A stretch of 64,000 nt of DNA from the human T2T-CHM13v2.0 reference genome, Homo sapiens: the NCBI RefSeq assembly GCF_009914755.1, contig NC_060925.1; one strand, written 5' to 3'. Positions 63,510-64,000 of the stretch are shown here, one piece after another (within the stretch, counting starts at the first letter, position 1; every line of letters starts with the position of its first letter). The notes beneath the pieces are model-generated. The model was not told the origin of the DNA. It saw only the letters and a program-made list of their open reading frames with translations, and did no database searches. A program made the position numbers and the translations under genes.

Positions 63510-63765
63510 CCTTGGTACTCACCCAAGGGAGTTGAAAACTTATGTCTATATTGTAGTTGTATTCACAATTATCACAACTTGGAAGCCACCAAGATATTAT
63601 AGGTGAATGAATAAATAAACAGTGATACTTTCAGACAATGGACTACTATTCAGCACTCAAAAGAAATGAACAAACAAGCCATGAAAAATCATGGAGGAAA
63701 TTTAAGTGCATGTTAGTAAGTGAAACAAAGCAATTTGTAAAGGCTACATACTCTATGATGCCAGC
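63510..63765 (+). mobile_element. Old L1M 3' fragment
   Basis: aatggactactattcagcactcaaaagaaatgaa...aaggctacatactctatgat. Confidence 0.7.
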
Positions 63766-63767
63766 TA

Positions 63768-64000
63768 CAGGCATATCTTGTTTTGTGTGCTGTGCTTTAC
63801 TGCACTTCACAAGTTGTTTTACAAATGGGAGGTTTCTGGCAACCCTGCATCAAGCAAGTCTATTGGCTCCATTTTTCCAACAGTATGTGCGCACTTCATG
63901 TCTTGGTGTGACATTACGGTAATTCTTGCGATGTATCAAAATTTTTCTATGATTGTATCTGTTATGATCATCTATGATCCGTGATCTTTGATGTTGCTAT
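63768..64000 (+). mobile_element. Tigger1 left end (runs off the window)
   Basis: TA followed by CAGGCATATCTTGTTTT...ggcaaccctgcatcaagcaagtctattgg. Confidence 0.85.

Overview
Primate (human-like) non-coding genomic DNA dominated by transposable-element relics. I find no credible protein-coding exon, RNA gene or CRISPR array. The ORF track is explained by broken L1 ORF1/ORF2, Alu/LTR read-through and chance ORFs. The largest structure is a complete MER61-type ERV1 provirus (11153-25646; two LTRs, tRNA-Arg PBS, PPT, 4-bp TSD, env remnant). It carries a full-length L1PA7-like LINE and an AluS at one shared target site, plus a MER11 (HML8) solo LTR. A second nest (31407-34286) is a Tigger3 element containing HSMAR2, which in turn contains an Alu and a THE1 LTR. 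A 5'-truncated L1PA with an internal deletion lies at 40989-44460. The rest is Alu, MIR, L2, old L1M, MaLR LTRs and DNA-transposon MITEs. The best non-TE leads are an orphan CpG-rich patch (about 30300-30760), a tiny polyadenylated TSD-flanked insert of unknown origin (39285-39338) and a dispersed 27-bp duplication (6-32 / 1127-1153). I see no evidence of a novel biological system. Subfamily names come from remembered consensus sequences and need RepeatMasker/Dfam confirmation.
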